This document shows positions 8,569 through 17,802 of a stretch of 64,000 nt of DNA, in pieces. The translations under genes and the position numbers were made by a program. Source of the stretch: Acidobacteriota bacterium (lineage in GTDB: Bacteria > Acidobacteriota > Polarisedimenticolia > J045); the NCBI GenBank assembly GCA_025456425.1, contig JALOKP010000008.1:552-64551 (forward strand), in the 5' to 3' direction. The notes under the pieces were generated by a model that worked only from the letters and a program-made list of their open reading frames with translations, was not told where the DNA came from and made no database searches. Numbering within the stretch: the stretch's first letter is position 1; each line of letters begins with the position of its first letter.

Positions 8569-10085
8569 GCCCGGTCCGGTGCGCGCGGCGCGGCGTCGTG
8601 CTGCTTGCCGCCGTGCTCGCGGCGGCGCCGGCCGGGCCCGCGCGTGCGGGCGAGGAGAGCGCCGCCGCGCTCGAGCGCCGCTACCTTGCGGCGCGCGATC
8701 TCGAGGCGACCGGGCAGGCCGGGCAGGCGCGCGAGATGTACCTGGACGTGGCGGCGGTCGAGTCCGGCAACCCGCGGCGCGACGACGCGCTGCTGGGCCT
8801 GGCCCGGATCGCGCTGGGTACGGGCGGCCCCGGCGAGCCGCTGCCGACCGCGATCGCCGCCGCCGCGCTGGTGGAAGGCCGCGACCGGCTGACCGCGATC
8901 GTGGACGGACCGCCCGGCTCCGACGCCGCGCCGGAAGCAGCCTACTGGCTGGCGCTGCTGAAGCTCGACCCGCGCGCGCCGTTCTTCGACCCGGCCGCCG
9001 CGCAGGCCGACCTGACGGCCTACCCGCGGCTCTACCCCGGTTCCGCCTACCGCCGCGGCGCGATGCTGCGCGCCTCGGAGTTGCTGGTCGAGAGCGGCCG
9101 CGCCGAGCCCGCGCGCCAGATGGCGTTCCGCGTGCTCGCCGACGGGGCCGAGGGAGCGGAAGCGGCGGCCGCGTGGCGGGTGATGGGCGAGGCCGAGGCG
9201 CGCGCGGGGCGGCCGCAGGCGGCGCTGACCGCGCTCGGCCGGAGCACCCAGCTCGAGCCCAACGGGCCCCAGGCCCGGCTGGCCGAGGACCTCGCGACGG
9301 TCGTCGACCGCGTCGCCTTCCCGCGCGGGTCCGGCGCGCGCTACACGGCGGCCGGCGAGCCGATCGCGCTGCCGGGCCGCGTGGCCGACCTTGCCGTGCA
9401 GGCCGACGGCACGCTCCTCGCGCTCTTCGAGCGGGACGGCCAGCTGGTCTCGATCGGACGCGACGGGAAGACACTGAGCCGCGTGGCCGCGGCCGGCGCG
9501 ACGGCGGTTGCAGTCGACCGCTCCGGGCGCACGTGGCTCGCCGCCGCCGGCCGGCTCTCGGTCGGCGACACCGGCACCGGCATTCCGCTCCCCGCCAAGT
9601 CGCAGGTCGTTTCGATCGCGCCGACGGGACCGCTTGCGGCCTGGATCGCTGACGCCGACGGCCGCCGGGTGGTACGCCTCAACGGCGACGGCACGATCGC
9701 CGTCACCGCTCCGCTCCCGCCGCGTGCCGACCCCGTGAGCGTCGCCGCCGCGGGAGACGGCGGGGTCTGGGTGCTCGACGCGCGCGGCCCGACGCTGCTG
9801 CTGTTCGGCCCGGGTGGTGAGCAGCGCGCCACGGTCGCGCTGTCCGAGCGGGCCGAGAAGCCGGTCGACCTGTGCTCGGACGCGCTGGGCAACGCGTACC
9901 TGCTGGCCGCCCGGCCGGTCGCGGTCCTCGTGTTCGACCCGGCGGGCCGACCGCTGCTGACGTGGGAGCCGGGCACGGCCGATCCAGGCAAGGAGTTCCC
10001 GCGCCCGGCCCTGCTCGCGGTCGACCGGGCGGGGGAGTTCGCGCTTTACGACGCCCGGCTGGAGAGCGCGCGATGGTGGCGTTGA
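8562..10085 (+). CDS. Secreted TPR-like / beta-propeller (NHL-like) repeat protein
   Basis: ATG at 8562 overlaps the kinase stop. Signal peptide (VVLLAAVLAAAPAGPARA). N-terminal helical repeats, C-terminal repeated DRSGRTWLA / GDGGVWVLD / ALGNAYLL strands. Confidence 0.5.
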   Translation: MVSPVRCARRGVVLLAAVLAAAPAGPARAGEESAAALERRYLAARDLEATGQAGQAREMYLDVAAVESGNPRRDDALLGLARIALGTGGPGEPLPTAIAAAALVEGRDRLTAIVDGPPGSDAAPEAAYWLALLKLDPRAPFFDPAAAQADLTAYPRLYPGSAYRRGAMLRASELLVESGRAEPARQMAFRVLADGAEGAEAAAAWRVMGEAEARAGRPQAALTALGRSTQLEPNGPQARLAEDLATVVDRVAFPRGSGARYTAAGEPIALPGRVADLAVQADGTLLALFERDGQLVSIGRDGKTLSRVAAAGATAVAVDRSGRTWLAAAGRLSVGDTGTGIPLPAKSQVVSIAPTGPLAAWIADADGRRVVRLNGDGTIAVTAPLPPRADPVSVAAAGDGGVWVLDARGPTLLLFGPGGEQRATVALSERAEKPVDLCSDALGNAYLLAARPVAVLVFDPAGRPLLTWEPGTADPGKEFPRPALLAVDRAGEFALYDARLESARWWR

Positions 10086-10095
10086 GGAAACGGTC

Positions 10096-12225
10096 GTGAG
10101 GCGCGGGATCGTCGCCGCGCTGCTCGCCGCGCTGGCCGTGGCCGCGGCGCCCGGTGCCGAGCCGCCGGTGCCGGCCGCACCGGGGCCGGCCGCGTCCGCC
10201 ACGCCGGCCGCGCTCGACGCGCGGCTCGCCGAGGCGGCCGAGGCCTTCAACGCGACCGACTTCGAGCGCGCGCTCGAAATCGCGCGCGAGTCCGCGAGCG
10301 CGGCCGAGATCGCGATGTCAGCACCCGGGCTCGACGCCGCCACCGCGGCCGCGCTGCGCGCCAGCCTGGCCCGCGCCTACGACCTGGGGGCGCAGGCCCG
10401 GCTCGCGCTGGGCGACCGGCGCGGCGCCGGCGAGTCGGTCGAGCGGCTGCTGCGCACGCGCCCGGGTTACCGGGTCGACACCGCGGCGAGTGGGCCGGCC
10501 TACGCCAAGCTGGTCGAGGCGCGCCGCCAGTCGCTGGTCGGCTTCGTCGTCCCCGAGTGCCAGCCGGTCGCGTGCGATCGCGTGCTGGTGGACGGGCAGC
10601 CTGCCGAGTTCGTTCCCGAGCAGGGGTTCGCGGTGCTGGCGGGGCAGCGCGAGGTCGTGCTGGGCCGCCACAACTTCCGCGACGCGCCGGCGGCGCCGGT
10701 GAAGGTCCCGCCGGGCGGCCGGGTCGCGCTCCCCGCGACGATCGAGCAGACCTCGCGCGACCTGGTGATCACGACGATTCCGCCGGGCGTCGCCGTGACG
10801 CTCAACGGCGCCCGCGTCGGCGTGACCGCGTCCGGGCCCGGGGGCCAGCCGGCGTCGCTGCCGCTGACGCTCCCCTCGCTCGCGCCCGACGAGTACGTGC
10901 TGGAGTTCGAGGCCCCCTGTCTGCGCCGGGTCGAGCAGCCGGTCCGGCTGGTCCTCGACGCGCAGGACCCCGCGGCGCTCGTGCTGGATCCGGTGCGGCT
11001 CGAGCCGACGCGCGGCACGATCGACCTGCGCCCGCCGGAGGGGGAAGGGGTCCTCACGCTCGACGGTCGCGAGGTCCAGCCGGCCACGGTCGACGCCTGC
11101 CCCGGCCGGCACGAGGTCTCGTGGACCAGCGGCGGGCGCCGGGTCTTCGTCCAGCCGATCGAGCTTGCGGCCGACGAGACGGTCGTCGTGCGTCCCGTTC
11201 CGCGACCCACCGCGGCCGTGGTCGAAGGGAGCGAGCCGCTGCTTCCGACCGGGCTCGGGTCGACCTGGAACCTCGTGACGATCCCCGCCGGTCCCGGCGC
11301 GGAACTCGCCGGCCGCGTCGCGTCGGCGATCGCCGACCCGTCCGCGGTGCCACCGCTCGCTCCCGCAGCACGCCGCCTCCCGGCCGGCGAGCTGGCCGAT
11401 CTCGTCCGCCGCGCCGCGCCGGAGGCGGACGCGCTGATCCTGCCGCTGCCGGGCGGCGACACCGCGCGCCGGCTGCAGCGGCTGGCGATCGTCGACCCCG
11501 CGCGCCGCCTGCTCGAGTGGACCGCGTGGCCGGAGCGCGACGCCGCGGCGGCGAAGCGCGTCGCCGACCGGCTGGCCGGCCGGGACGTCGCGCTGATCGT
11601 GCCGCTGTTCGGAGCCGACCTGGTGCGGACGCGCGACGGCCTGGTCGTCGCCGGGGTCCTGCCGGGCGGTCCGGCCGAAGCGGCCGGGCTCGTTCCCGGG
11701 ATGCGCGTGCTCGCGATCGCCGGGCGCGTGCCCGGGGCGGCGGAAGGGCCGCTCGAGTCGCTGCCCGGCGCGGTGCCGGGAAAGCCGGTGCCGGTCAAGG
11801 TGCGCGACGGCTTGGGCGAGAAGGAGCTGCGGATCACGCCGGTCCCGGCGATCGACGCCCCGCTCCCGGCCCAGCGGGCCCAGGGCCTGCTGCTCCCGGA
11901 CATCGCGCGGCTCGACGCGCTTCGCGTCGCCGGCCGCGAGGCCGAGCGCGCCGCGGCCTCGGTGCGGGCCGCGCTGCTGCTCGCCGCCGCGGGGGCGGAC
12001 GAGGCGGCGGCCCAGGCGCTCGACCGCGTCACCGTCGACGAGCGGCTCGACCCGGCGGGAGACGCCTGGGGGACGGTGCTCTTCGTCCAGGAAGCGGTGG
12101 CGCGTCGGCTCGGCCGGAAGGACGTGGCGCAGGCCGTCCACGCGCAGTGGGCGGCGCTGCGGGAGGCGCGGCTCGGCGGAAGGCTCGGCCCGCCGCTGGC
12201 GGCCGCGGTCGGCGCGGCGGATTGA
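10096..12225 (+). CDS. Secreted protein with PEGA-like repeats and a PDZ domain
   Basis: Signal peptide (IVAALLAALAVAAAPGA). Repeats VLVDGQPA, VTLNGARVG, LTLDGREV. PDZ-like segment GVLPGGPAEAAGLVPGMRVLAIAG. Confidence 0.55.
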   Translation: MRRGIVAALLAALAVAAAPGAEPPVPAAPGPAASATPAALDARLAEAAEAFNATDFERALEIARESASAAEIAMSAPGLDAATAAALRASLARAYDLGAQARLALGDRRGAGESVERLLRTRPGYRVDTAASGPAYAKLVEARRQSLVGFVVPECQPVACDRVLVDGQPAEFVPEQGFAVLAGQREVVLGRHNFRDAPAAPVKVPPGGRVALPATIEQTSRDLVITTIPPGVAVTLNGARVGVTASGPGGQPASLPLTLPSLAPDEYVLEFEAPCLRRVEQPVRLVLDAQDPAALVLDPVRLEPTRGTIDLRPPEGEGVLTLDGREVQPATVDACPGRHEVSWTSGGRRVFVQPIELAADETVVVRPVPRPTAAVVEGSEPLLPTGLGSTWNLVTIPAGPGAELAGRVASAIADPSAVPPLAPAARRLPAGELADLVRRAAPEADALILPLPGGDTARRLQRLAIVDPARRLLEWTAWPERDAAAAKRVADRLAGRDVALIVPLFGADLVRTRDGLVVAGVLPGGPAEAAGLVPGMRVLAIAGRVPGAAEGPLESLPGAVPGKPVPVKVRDGLGEKELRITPVPAIDAPLPAQRAQGLLLPDIARLDALRVAGREAERAAASVRAALLLAAAGADEAAAQALDRVTVDERLDPAGDAWGTVLFVQEAVARRLGRKDVAQAVHAQWAALREARLGGRLGPPLAAAVGAAD

Positions 12226-12277
12226 CGCGGCGGCGGGCGACCCGCGTAGAATCGGGTGCGGGCCCGGCGTCGACCGG

Positions 12278-12868
12278 ATGGGAACGATTTCGCGCGGGAG
12301 CCAGATGCCCCAGCTTCAGAACCAGGATGCCCTCGGCGCCGTGCTCGACGCGCTGCTCGGCTGCCTCGAGCGACCCGCCGCGGCGGTTGCCGCCGACGGG
12401 CGCGTGGCCGCCGCCAACCCGGCCTTCGTGGATCTGGCGCGTCGCGTCGCCCGTGGCTGGCCGGTGGCGGCCGAGGCCTTGGTCGCCCCCGGGGAGCGGG
12501 CCCTCTTTCGGGCCCTCGTTCCGCACGCCGTCGCCCCCGAGACCTGGCGCGCGACCTTCGCCGACGGCGTCGTGCGCGGCTTGCGCGTCCAGGCGGTGGC
12601 GCCGCTGGGTGCCACGCTGCTCGTGATCGACGACGCGGCCGGCGTGGCGGCGGCCGCCGCCGGCAGCGAAGCGGCGCTGCGGCACGACGTCGCCGGGCCG
12701 CTGACCGCGATCCTCGGGACGGCCGAGCTGCTGCTGCTCAAGGGCGCGGACCTGCCGCCCGTGGCGCGCGAAGGGCTGGGCCGGATCGTCCAGCACTGCG
12801 GCCGGATCGCCGAACTGCTCGCCGCCAGCCGTGCCCGTGACGCGGCGCGGCGCGGGGGCGCGGCGTGA
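12278..12868 (+). CDS. Histidine-kinase fragment: PAS-like sensor plus DHp (H-box) with no ATPase domain
   Basis: 196 aa. H-box LRHDVAGPLTAILGTAELLL (His136). The ORF ends 60 aa after the His. 4-nt overlap (GTGA) with the downstream response regulator. Confidence 0.6.
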   Translation: MGTISRGSQMPQLQNQDALGAVLDALLGCLERPAAAVAADGRVAAANPAFVDLARRVARGWPVAAEALVAPGERALFRALVPHAVAPETWRATFADGVVRGLRVQAVAPLGATLLVIDDAAGVAAAAAGSEAALRHDVAGPLTAILGTAELLLLKGADLPPVAREGLGRIVQHCGRIAELLAASRARDAARRGGAA

Positions 12869-14328
12869 GCGATCCGCGCCCGCCCGCCGCAGCCGCCGGC
12901 GGCAAGATCCTGCTGGTCGACGACGACCGCGCACTGCGCGAGATGGCGGCCGGCTTCCTGCGCTCGCTGGGTCACGAGGTCGACGACGTGGCGACGCTGG
13001 AGCAGGCCCGCGCCCGGATCCGGGCCCGCCCCTTCGAGCTGGTGCTGGCCGACCTGATCCTCGAGCACGGGACCGGGCTCGACCTGCTGGCCGAGATCCG
13101 CCGCGAGGCGATCCCGTGCGAAGTGATCATCATGACCGGGCACGGGGGGGTCGAGTCCGCGGTGCAGGCGATCCGCGAAGGGGCGTACGACTACGTCACC
13201 AAGCCGCTCTCGCTGACGCGGCTGGCGCTCGACGTCGGGCGCGCCCTCGAAAAGCACCGGTTGGAGCAGGACGTGCTGCGGCTGGCGGCGGCGAAGGACA
13301 GCGCCTTCGGCGGGATCACCGCCGCCTCGGCCGCGATGCGCCCCGTCGTCTCACTGCTGCGGCGCGCCGCCGACAGCGACAGCAACCTGCTGCTGCTGGG
13401 CGAATCGGGGACCGGCAAGGAGCTCGCGGCGCGCGCGGTGCACGAACACTCGCGCCGCGCCGGGCAGCCGTTCGTCGCGGTCCACTGCGGCGCGCTGCCG
13501 GGCGAGCTGCTGGAAAGCGAGCTGTTCGGCCACGTCCGGGGCTCGTTCACCGGGGCCGACCGCGAGCGCAAGGGGCTGTTCCTCGCGGCGAACGGCGGCA
13601 CGCTGTTCCTCGACGAGGTCGGGACCGCGCCGGCCCGCGTGCAGGTGGGGCTGCTCCGCGCGCTGCAGGAACGGCGGGTGCGCCCGGTCGGTGCCGAGCA
13701 GGACCTGCCGGTCGACGCGCGGATCGTCGCTGCGACCAACGCCGACCTCGACGCCGAGATGGCGGAGGGGCGGTTCCGGCTCGACCTCTACTACCGGCTC
13801 GCCACCTTCGTGGTGCAGCTGCCGCCGTTGCGCGAGCGGCGCGAGGACATCCCGCTGCTGGTCGGCCCGCTGCTCGAAGATGCGGTCCGCCGCTCCGGCC
13901 GCCGGGCGACGATCTCGCCGCGCGCGCTGGCCCGGCTCGCCGGCTACGACTGGCCGGGCAACGTGCGCGAGCTGGCGCACGTCCTGGAGCGCGCCGTGCT
14001 GCTGGCGGAGGGATCGGTGATCCGGGAACAGGACCTGCCGTTGCCGGAGCCGGCCGGGCCGGGGGGAGAGGTCCTCACCCTCGAAGAGGTCGAGCGGCGG
14101 CACATCGAGCAGGTCCTCGCACAGTGCGGGGGGAACAAGGTCCGCGCCGCCCGGCTGCTCGGGATCCCGCGGCCCAACCTCTACCGCAAGCTCGAGCGGT
14201 ACGGGCTGGAGACCGGTCCGCTCCCCGGCGAGCTGGAGCCCGTGAACGAGGCGCCGCCGGCCCCGGCGGCCCCGGCCGGGGGGCCGGCCGCCGAGCCGCC
14301 GCGACGGAGGCAGTCGGGCCTCTTCTGA
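12865..14328 (+). CDS. Sigma54-dependent response regulator (NtrC family: receiver + AAA+ + Fis-type HTH)
   Basis: Receiver (KILLVDDD...DLIL), Walker A GESGTGKE, GAFTGA-type loop GSFTGA, ESELFGH, C-terminal HTH GNKVRAARLLGIPRPNLYRKL. Confidence 0.9.
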   Translation: MSDPRPPAAAAGGKILLVDDDRALREMAAGFLRSLGHEVDDVATLEQARARIRARPFELVLADLILEHGTGLDLLAEIRREAIPCEVIIMTGHGGVESAVQAIREGAYDYVTKPLSLTRLALDVGRALEKHRLEQDVLRLAAAKDSAFGGITAASAAMRPVVSLLRRAADSDSNLLLLGESGTGKELAARAVHEHSRRAGQPFVAVHCGALPGELLESELFGHVRGSFTGADRERKGLFLAANGGTLFLDEVGTAPARVQVGLLRALQERRVRPVGAEQDLPVDARIVAATNADLDAEMAEGRFRLDLYYRLATFVVQLPPLRERREDIPLLVGPLLEDAVRRSGRRATISPRALARLAGYDWPGNVRELAHVLERAVLLAEGSVIREQDLPLPEPAGPGGEVLTLEEVERRHIEQVLAQCGGNKVRAARLLGIPRPNLYRKLERYGLETGPLPGELEPVNEAPPAPAAPAGGPAAEPPRRRQSGLF

Positions 14329-14367
14329 GGGGTCTCCGGGGACCTCCGACCGGCGCCCGCCCTCCTG

Positions 14368-14385
14368 CTGTCCGCCGGCGGACAG
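14368..14385. promoter_or_regulatory. Candidate enhancer (UAS) 1: perfect 18-bp palindrome CTGTCCGCCGGCGGACAG (TGT-N10-ACA)
   Basis: Perfect inverted repeat, about 280 bp upstream of the predicted sigma54 start site. Same half-sites as the site at 14506. Confidence 0.5.
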
Positions 14386-14505
14386 TTTCGCGAGGGCCCG
14401 GGGCCCCGGATCCCGCCCGGCGGGCCGCTCCGCGCCATTCCTCTCCGCCCTGCGGCCCGGTCCGGGGCGGACTGTGTCAAAAATTCGCACCCCGGGGAGC
14501 GGGGG

Positions 14506-14523
14506 CTGTCTCCAGGCGGACAG
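14506..14523. promoter_or_regulatory. Candidate enhancer (UAS) 2: CTGTCTCCAGGCGGACAG (TGT-N10-ACA)
   Basis: Same CTGTC-N8-GACAG architecture as 14368..14385, about 140 bp upstream of the sigma54 promoter. Confidence 0.5.
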
Positions 14524-14629
14524 TTTCCGCCCCGGTTCGCCCTCCTCCGCCCGCGAATTCCGGACGCGTTCCCCCGAAAGTTCCTGAAACGACGGCCGAT
14601 GAGAGGATCGCCCCGCGGAACCACGGGCG

Positions 14630-14645
14630 TGGCACGGCAGTTGCT
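14630..14645 (+). promoter_or_regulatory. Sigma54 (-24/-12) promoter
   Basis: TGGCACGGCAGTTGCT is an exact match to TGGCAC-N5-TTGCW. Lies 15-45 nt upstream of the ATGs at 14661/14691 and immediately downstream of the bEBP gene. Confidence 0.75.
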
Positions 14646-14690
14646 CTTCCTTTCCGCCGTATGCGAAACGACCGAGCCCACGGAGCAGCG

Positions 14691-15020
14691 ATGAAGGAGC
14701 AGGCACAGGGGGCCGTCCGGCCCCTGACGAGGACCGAGGAGGGCGTCCGGCGGCTGCGCCCGGTGGACGGCTTCGTGGTCGGGGGCGAGGCCGAGTGGGT
14801 CGGCGGCCAGAACCTCTGGCTGCTGCTGTCCCGCCCCGGCGAGCGCCTGATCGACTTCTTCGTCGAGGACGACGACCAGGGGCTGTCGCCCGACCCGGTG
14901 CCCTGCGCCTGCGCGGGGGTGCTGCCGGACGGCACGGTGGTGATCGGAGAGGTCGACTGGGAACTCGACCGCTTCCTGTCGGAGATGCTGGACGAGCAGG
15001 GGAACGCCGCCGCGCGCTAG
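14691..15020 (+). CDS. Hypothetical small acidic protein, first gene of the sigma54-driven operon
   Basis: ATG at 14691 (alternative at 14661) in the frame ending at 15020. Non-repetitive composition (MKEQAQGAVRPLTRTEEG...DWELDRFLSEMLDEQG). No family recognised. Confidence 0.5.
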   Translation: MKEQAQGAVRPLTRTEEGVRRLRPVDGFVVGGEAEWVGGQNLWLLLSRPGERLIDFFVEDDDQGLSPDPVPCACAGVLPDGTVVIGEVDWELDRFLSEMLDEQGNAAAR

Positions 15021-15049
15021 GCGCGCCGCGGGGGATCAGGAGCGCCACG

Positions 15050-15313
15050 ATGACGACGAGTCCGTGCCCAGTGATGCCGCGTGAGCAGAAGACCAGCCAG
15101 CCCGCCGAGCCGCTCTTCGACCGGCTGGTCCCGGCGTCGCGCGACGACCTGCTGCGGATCGAGGCCGGCGCCACGGCGCAGGCGGTGCACGCCGCGCTCG
15201 ACGATGGCGCACGCCCGGTCGAGATCCGCTTTGCGGGCCGCACGATCCACGCCCGCCCGCTCGACACGCGACGCTTCGTCCGCGCGATGAGCCGCTTCGT
15301 CAGCCTCAACTGA
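15050..15313 (+). CDS. Hypothetical protein (87 aa)
   Basis: ATG at 15050 in the frame ending at 15313, 30 nt after the previous stop. No family recognised. Confidence 0.4.
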   Translation: MTTSPCPVMPREQKTSQPAEPLFDRLVPASRDDLLRIEAGATAQAVHAALDDGARPVEIRFAGRTIHARPLDTRRFVRAMSRFVSLN

Positions 15314-15328
15314 GGGGCGGGAGCGACG

Positions 15329-15892
15329 ATGGGCGCGACCCTGCTGGCGCGCGAGCCGCGGGTCCTCGGCGGGCGGCTGATGGCCGCGCTCGTGTCGCAG
15401 GCCACGCACGACCTCAACAACCACCTGACCGCGATGCTCGGCAAGGCGGAGTTCGGCCTGCTGGTGGCCGACCCCGAGCGCAAGACGGCCGCGCTCTCCG
15501 GCGTGCTCGAGGCCGGCGAGGGGGCCGGGGACGCCGTTCCCGCGGCCGAGGTCGCACAGCTCGCGACGCGGCTGCTGGACCGCCGGCTGAAGCGCGCCGG
15601 GATCGCCGTGACCTGCCGCGGCAGCGGGCCGGGCCCGCTCCGGCCGCGTGCCGCCGCTGCGGCGCTCGCGCTCTGGTGCGCCCTGCGCCGGCTGCTCGAG
15701 GATGCGGGGGGCGCCGCGCCGCGCACGCTGGAGCTGTCGGTCCGCTGTGCCGGGCGCGACGGCGAGATCGCGGTCCGGATCGACGGAGCGGTCCTCTCGG
15801 CGCACACCCTCGACGCGCTCGACGGGTCGCTGGCCGAGGCGGGGGCGCGGATCGAGCGGCACGGCGGACAGCTGCTCGTGGTTCTGCCCTGA
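15329..15892 (+). CDS. Histidine-kinase-like protein: DHp H-box plus degenerate ATPase-like C-terminus
   Basis: H-box SQATHDLNNHLTAMLGKAE. The C-terminal approximately 90 aa has a CA-like layout (ELSVRCAGRDGEIAVRIDG...RIERHGGQLLVV), but no N-box Asn or G2 glycines were seen. Confidence 0.55.
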   Translation: MGATLLAREPRVLGGRLMAALVSQATHDLNNHLTAMLGKAEFGLLVADPERKTAALSGVLEAGEGAGDAVPAAEVAQLATRLLDRRLKRAGIAVTCRGSGPGPLRPRAAAAALALWCALRRLLEDAGGAAPRTLELSVRCAGRDGEIAVRIDGAVLSAHTLDALDGSLAEAGARIERHGGQLLVVLP

Positions 15893-15901
15893 GACGCCCG
15901 C

Positions 15902-16975
15902 TCAGGCGAACCCGCGCCGGCGGTGGCCAGCCACCACTCCCGCGAACAGCACGAACGCGAAGATCGCCCCGCTGACCGCGCCGGGCAGGACCGGGCGCCC
16001 CGTCGCGTCGACGAAGGTCGGCAGCAGGTTCGCCAGCACCAGGTTCAGCGCGATGTGCGCGACCATCACCAGGTACAGGTTCCGCGAGGCTTCGAGCAGC
16101 AGGCCGAGCAGCACCGACATCGCGAAGACGAAGGCCAGGGCGCCGAGGTTGCGGCGCAGGCTCGCCGCCGGGTCGATGTGCTCGAGCGTGAAGCTGGCGG
16201 AGATCGCCCCGATCGCGGTCAGCCGCCCGAGCCGGTGCTCCTCCAGCCCCAGCCGCTTGAGGATCATCACCAGCGCGTTCTGCAGCATGCCGCGGTAGAA
16301 CAGCTCCTCGGCCACGCCGCGCACGACCTGTGCGCCGATCGCGGTGGCCAGCAGGCCGGGCGCGGCAGCCGGAATGCCGAGGCGCGCGCCGGCGAACCAG
16401 CCGCTGGCGAAGACGAGCGCGGTCGTGACCGCCCAGGCGGCCAACGCCAGCCGCAGCGCCGAGGCGAGCCGCTCGCGCGTCAGGAAGACGGCGAGCCGCG
16501 GGTAGATCTGGCGCAGCACCGGCAGCAGCACGAGCGCCGCGCCGAGCAGGCCGAACCCGGTCCAGAGGCGGTACAGCGCGTCCGCCATCCGAGGGTCGCC
16601 GGAGTGCGGGACGATCCAGTCGAAGGCGCCGGCGAGCAGGTCGCTGGTGATCCACTTCTCGCCCAGCAGGACCACGACCAGCGGCAGCAACTGGGTGACG
16701 GTCGGCTCGTCGGGGCGCGGCGGGTCGCTCCACAGGTCGAGGCCGCGGCGGCGGTTCCAGAGGTCGAGCAGCAGCAGCAAGACGAAGGCGGTGAAGAGCA
16801 GGCCGGAGAAGGCGTCGGGCAGGCCGGGCCAGCGCGGTGCGCCGGCGTGGAAGGAGCGGAGCAGCCCCGAGGTCGCGATCGCGGAGACGAGCATGAGCGC
16901 GATCGCCGCGCGGACCCACGGCGCGCGCGATGGAGAGGCCGGGGGGCCGGCGGAAGGGGCGGCTGGAAGGGACAA
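15902..16975 (-). CDS. CPBP-family intramembrane metalloprotease
   Basis: Polytopic. Motifs EELFYRG, FTLEH and HIALN in the order typical of CAAX/CPBP proteases. Confidence 0.8.
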   Translation of the reverse strand: MSLPAAPSAGPPASPSRAPWVRAAIALMLVSAIATSGLLRSFHAGAPRWPGLPDAFSGLLFTAFVLLLLLDLWNRRRGLDLWSDPPRPDEPTVTQLLPLVVVLLGEKWITSDLLAGAFDWIVPHSGDPRMADALYRLWTGFGLLGAALVLLPVLRQIYPRLAVFLTRERLASALRLALAAWAVTTALVFASGWFAGARLGIPAAAPGLLATAIGAQVVRGVAEELFYRGMLQNALVMILKRLGLEEHRLGRLTAIGAISASFTLEHIDPAASLRRNLGALAFVFAMSVLLGLLLEASRNLYLVMVAHIALNLVLANLLPTFVDATGRPVLPGAVSGAIFAFVLFAGVVAGHRRRGFA

Positions 16976-17073
16976 GCGGTCCTGGATCCTCGTGGGGGGG
17001 GTGCCGGCGCGGCCCCTGCAGGAATTATGATCCGCGCGGCGGCCCGGTGCGGCCGACCCGAGCGAGGCCGACC

Positions 17074-17802
17074 ATGAACCAGCCCTCCGCCCAGGCCAAC
17101 ATCACCGTCCCGGTCGTCGTCGGCGGGCTGATCGGCGCCGCGCTCGGGGTCGTTCCGCCCTGCTGCTGCTGTTGCCTCAACACGGTTCTGGCCGGCGCGA
17201 TCGCCGGAGCGATGTTCGCGCGCGCAGCGGGTTTCGTTCCGATCGAGCGAGGCGCCATGATCGGGTCCCTGGCGGGGGCGGTGGCGGGCGCGGGAGGTGC
17301 CGTGACGGACTCCCTGCGCCAGGCGGCCTTCCGGCCCTGGTTCGAGGGCTGGGTCGACCAGGTGGCGCGCTACGGCGACTCGGAGGCGCGCGAAATGCTG
17401 GAGCAGCTTGGCGCGTGGGAGGGCGGGGGCGGTCCGGGCTGGTTCCTGGCCGGGCTGGCCTTCAACATCGCCATCGGCGCGGTTCTCGGCGCGCTGGGCG
17501 GAATGCTCGGTGTGGCCCTGATGCGGAAGCAGCCGCCGCCAGCCCCGTCGTATCCTCCTCCGCTGCCCCCCCAGCCGCCGACCTACCCCCCGCCGCCCGG
17601 GGCCCCGGTGGCTGCGCCGGCGGCACCCTGGCCGCCCGCCCCACCGCCGCCGGCCGACCCGTCCGGCTCCGCGGGACCGCCTCCGCCCGCACCGCCGGCC
17701 CAGGAATCGCGGATCGCGGGGGGCGGGTCGGCTGCCCCGTGGCCGCCGGCCGGGGGAACACCGGACAACGCCGACCCATCGGGGGGCGGCCGCGCGGGCT
17801 GA
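17074..17802 (+). CDS. Membrane protein with a CCCCC run and a Pro-rich C-terminal tail
   Basis: ATG at 17074 (residue 49 of ORF 16930..17802). Gly/Ala-rich TM segments. PPCCCCCLN at 17161-17175. C-terminal approximately 90 aa is Pro-rich. Confidence 0.5.
   Translation: MNQPSAQANITVPVVVGGLIGAALGVVPPCCCCCLNTVLAGAIAGAMFARAAGFVPIERGAMIGSLAGAVAGAGGAVTDSLRQAAFRPWFEGWVDQVARYGDSEAREMLEQLGAWEGGGGPGWFLAGLAFNIAIGAVLGALGGMLGVALMRKQPPPAPSYPPPLPPQPPTYPPPPGAPVAAPAAPWPPAPPPPADPSGSAGPPPPAPPAQESRIAGGGSAAPWPPAGGTPDNADPSGGGRAG

Noticed and set aside
14467-14479. GGCGGACTGTGTC in the sigma54 upstream region resembles the element arm repeat GGCGGACTGTT
   Set aside because: It is a single copy, and the UAS half-sites (GGCGGACAG) differ at the key position. 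A short GC-rich match like this is expected by chance, so no link between the integrase and this promoter is proposed.
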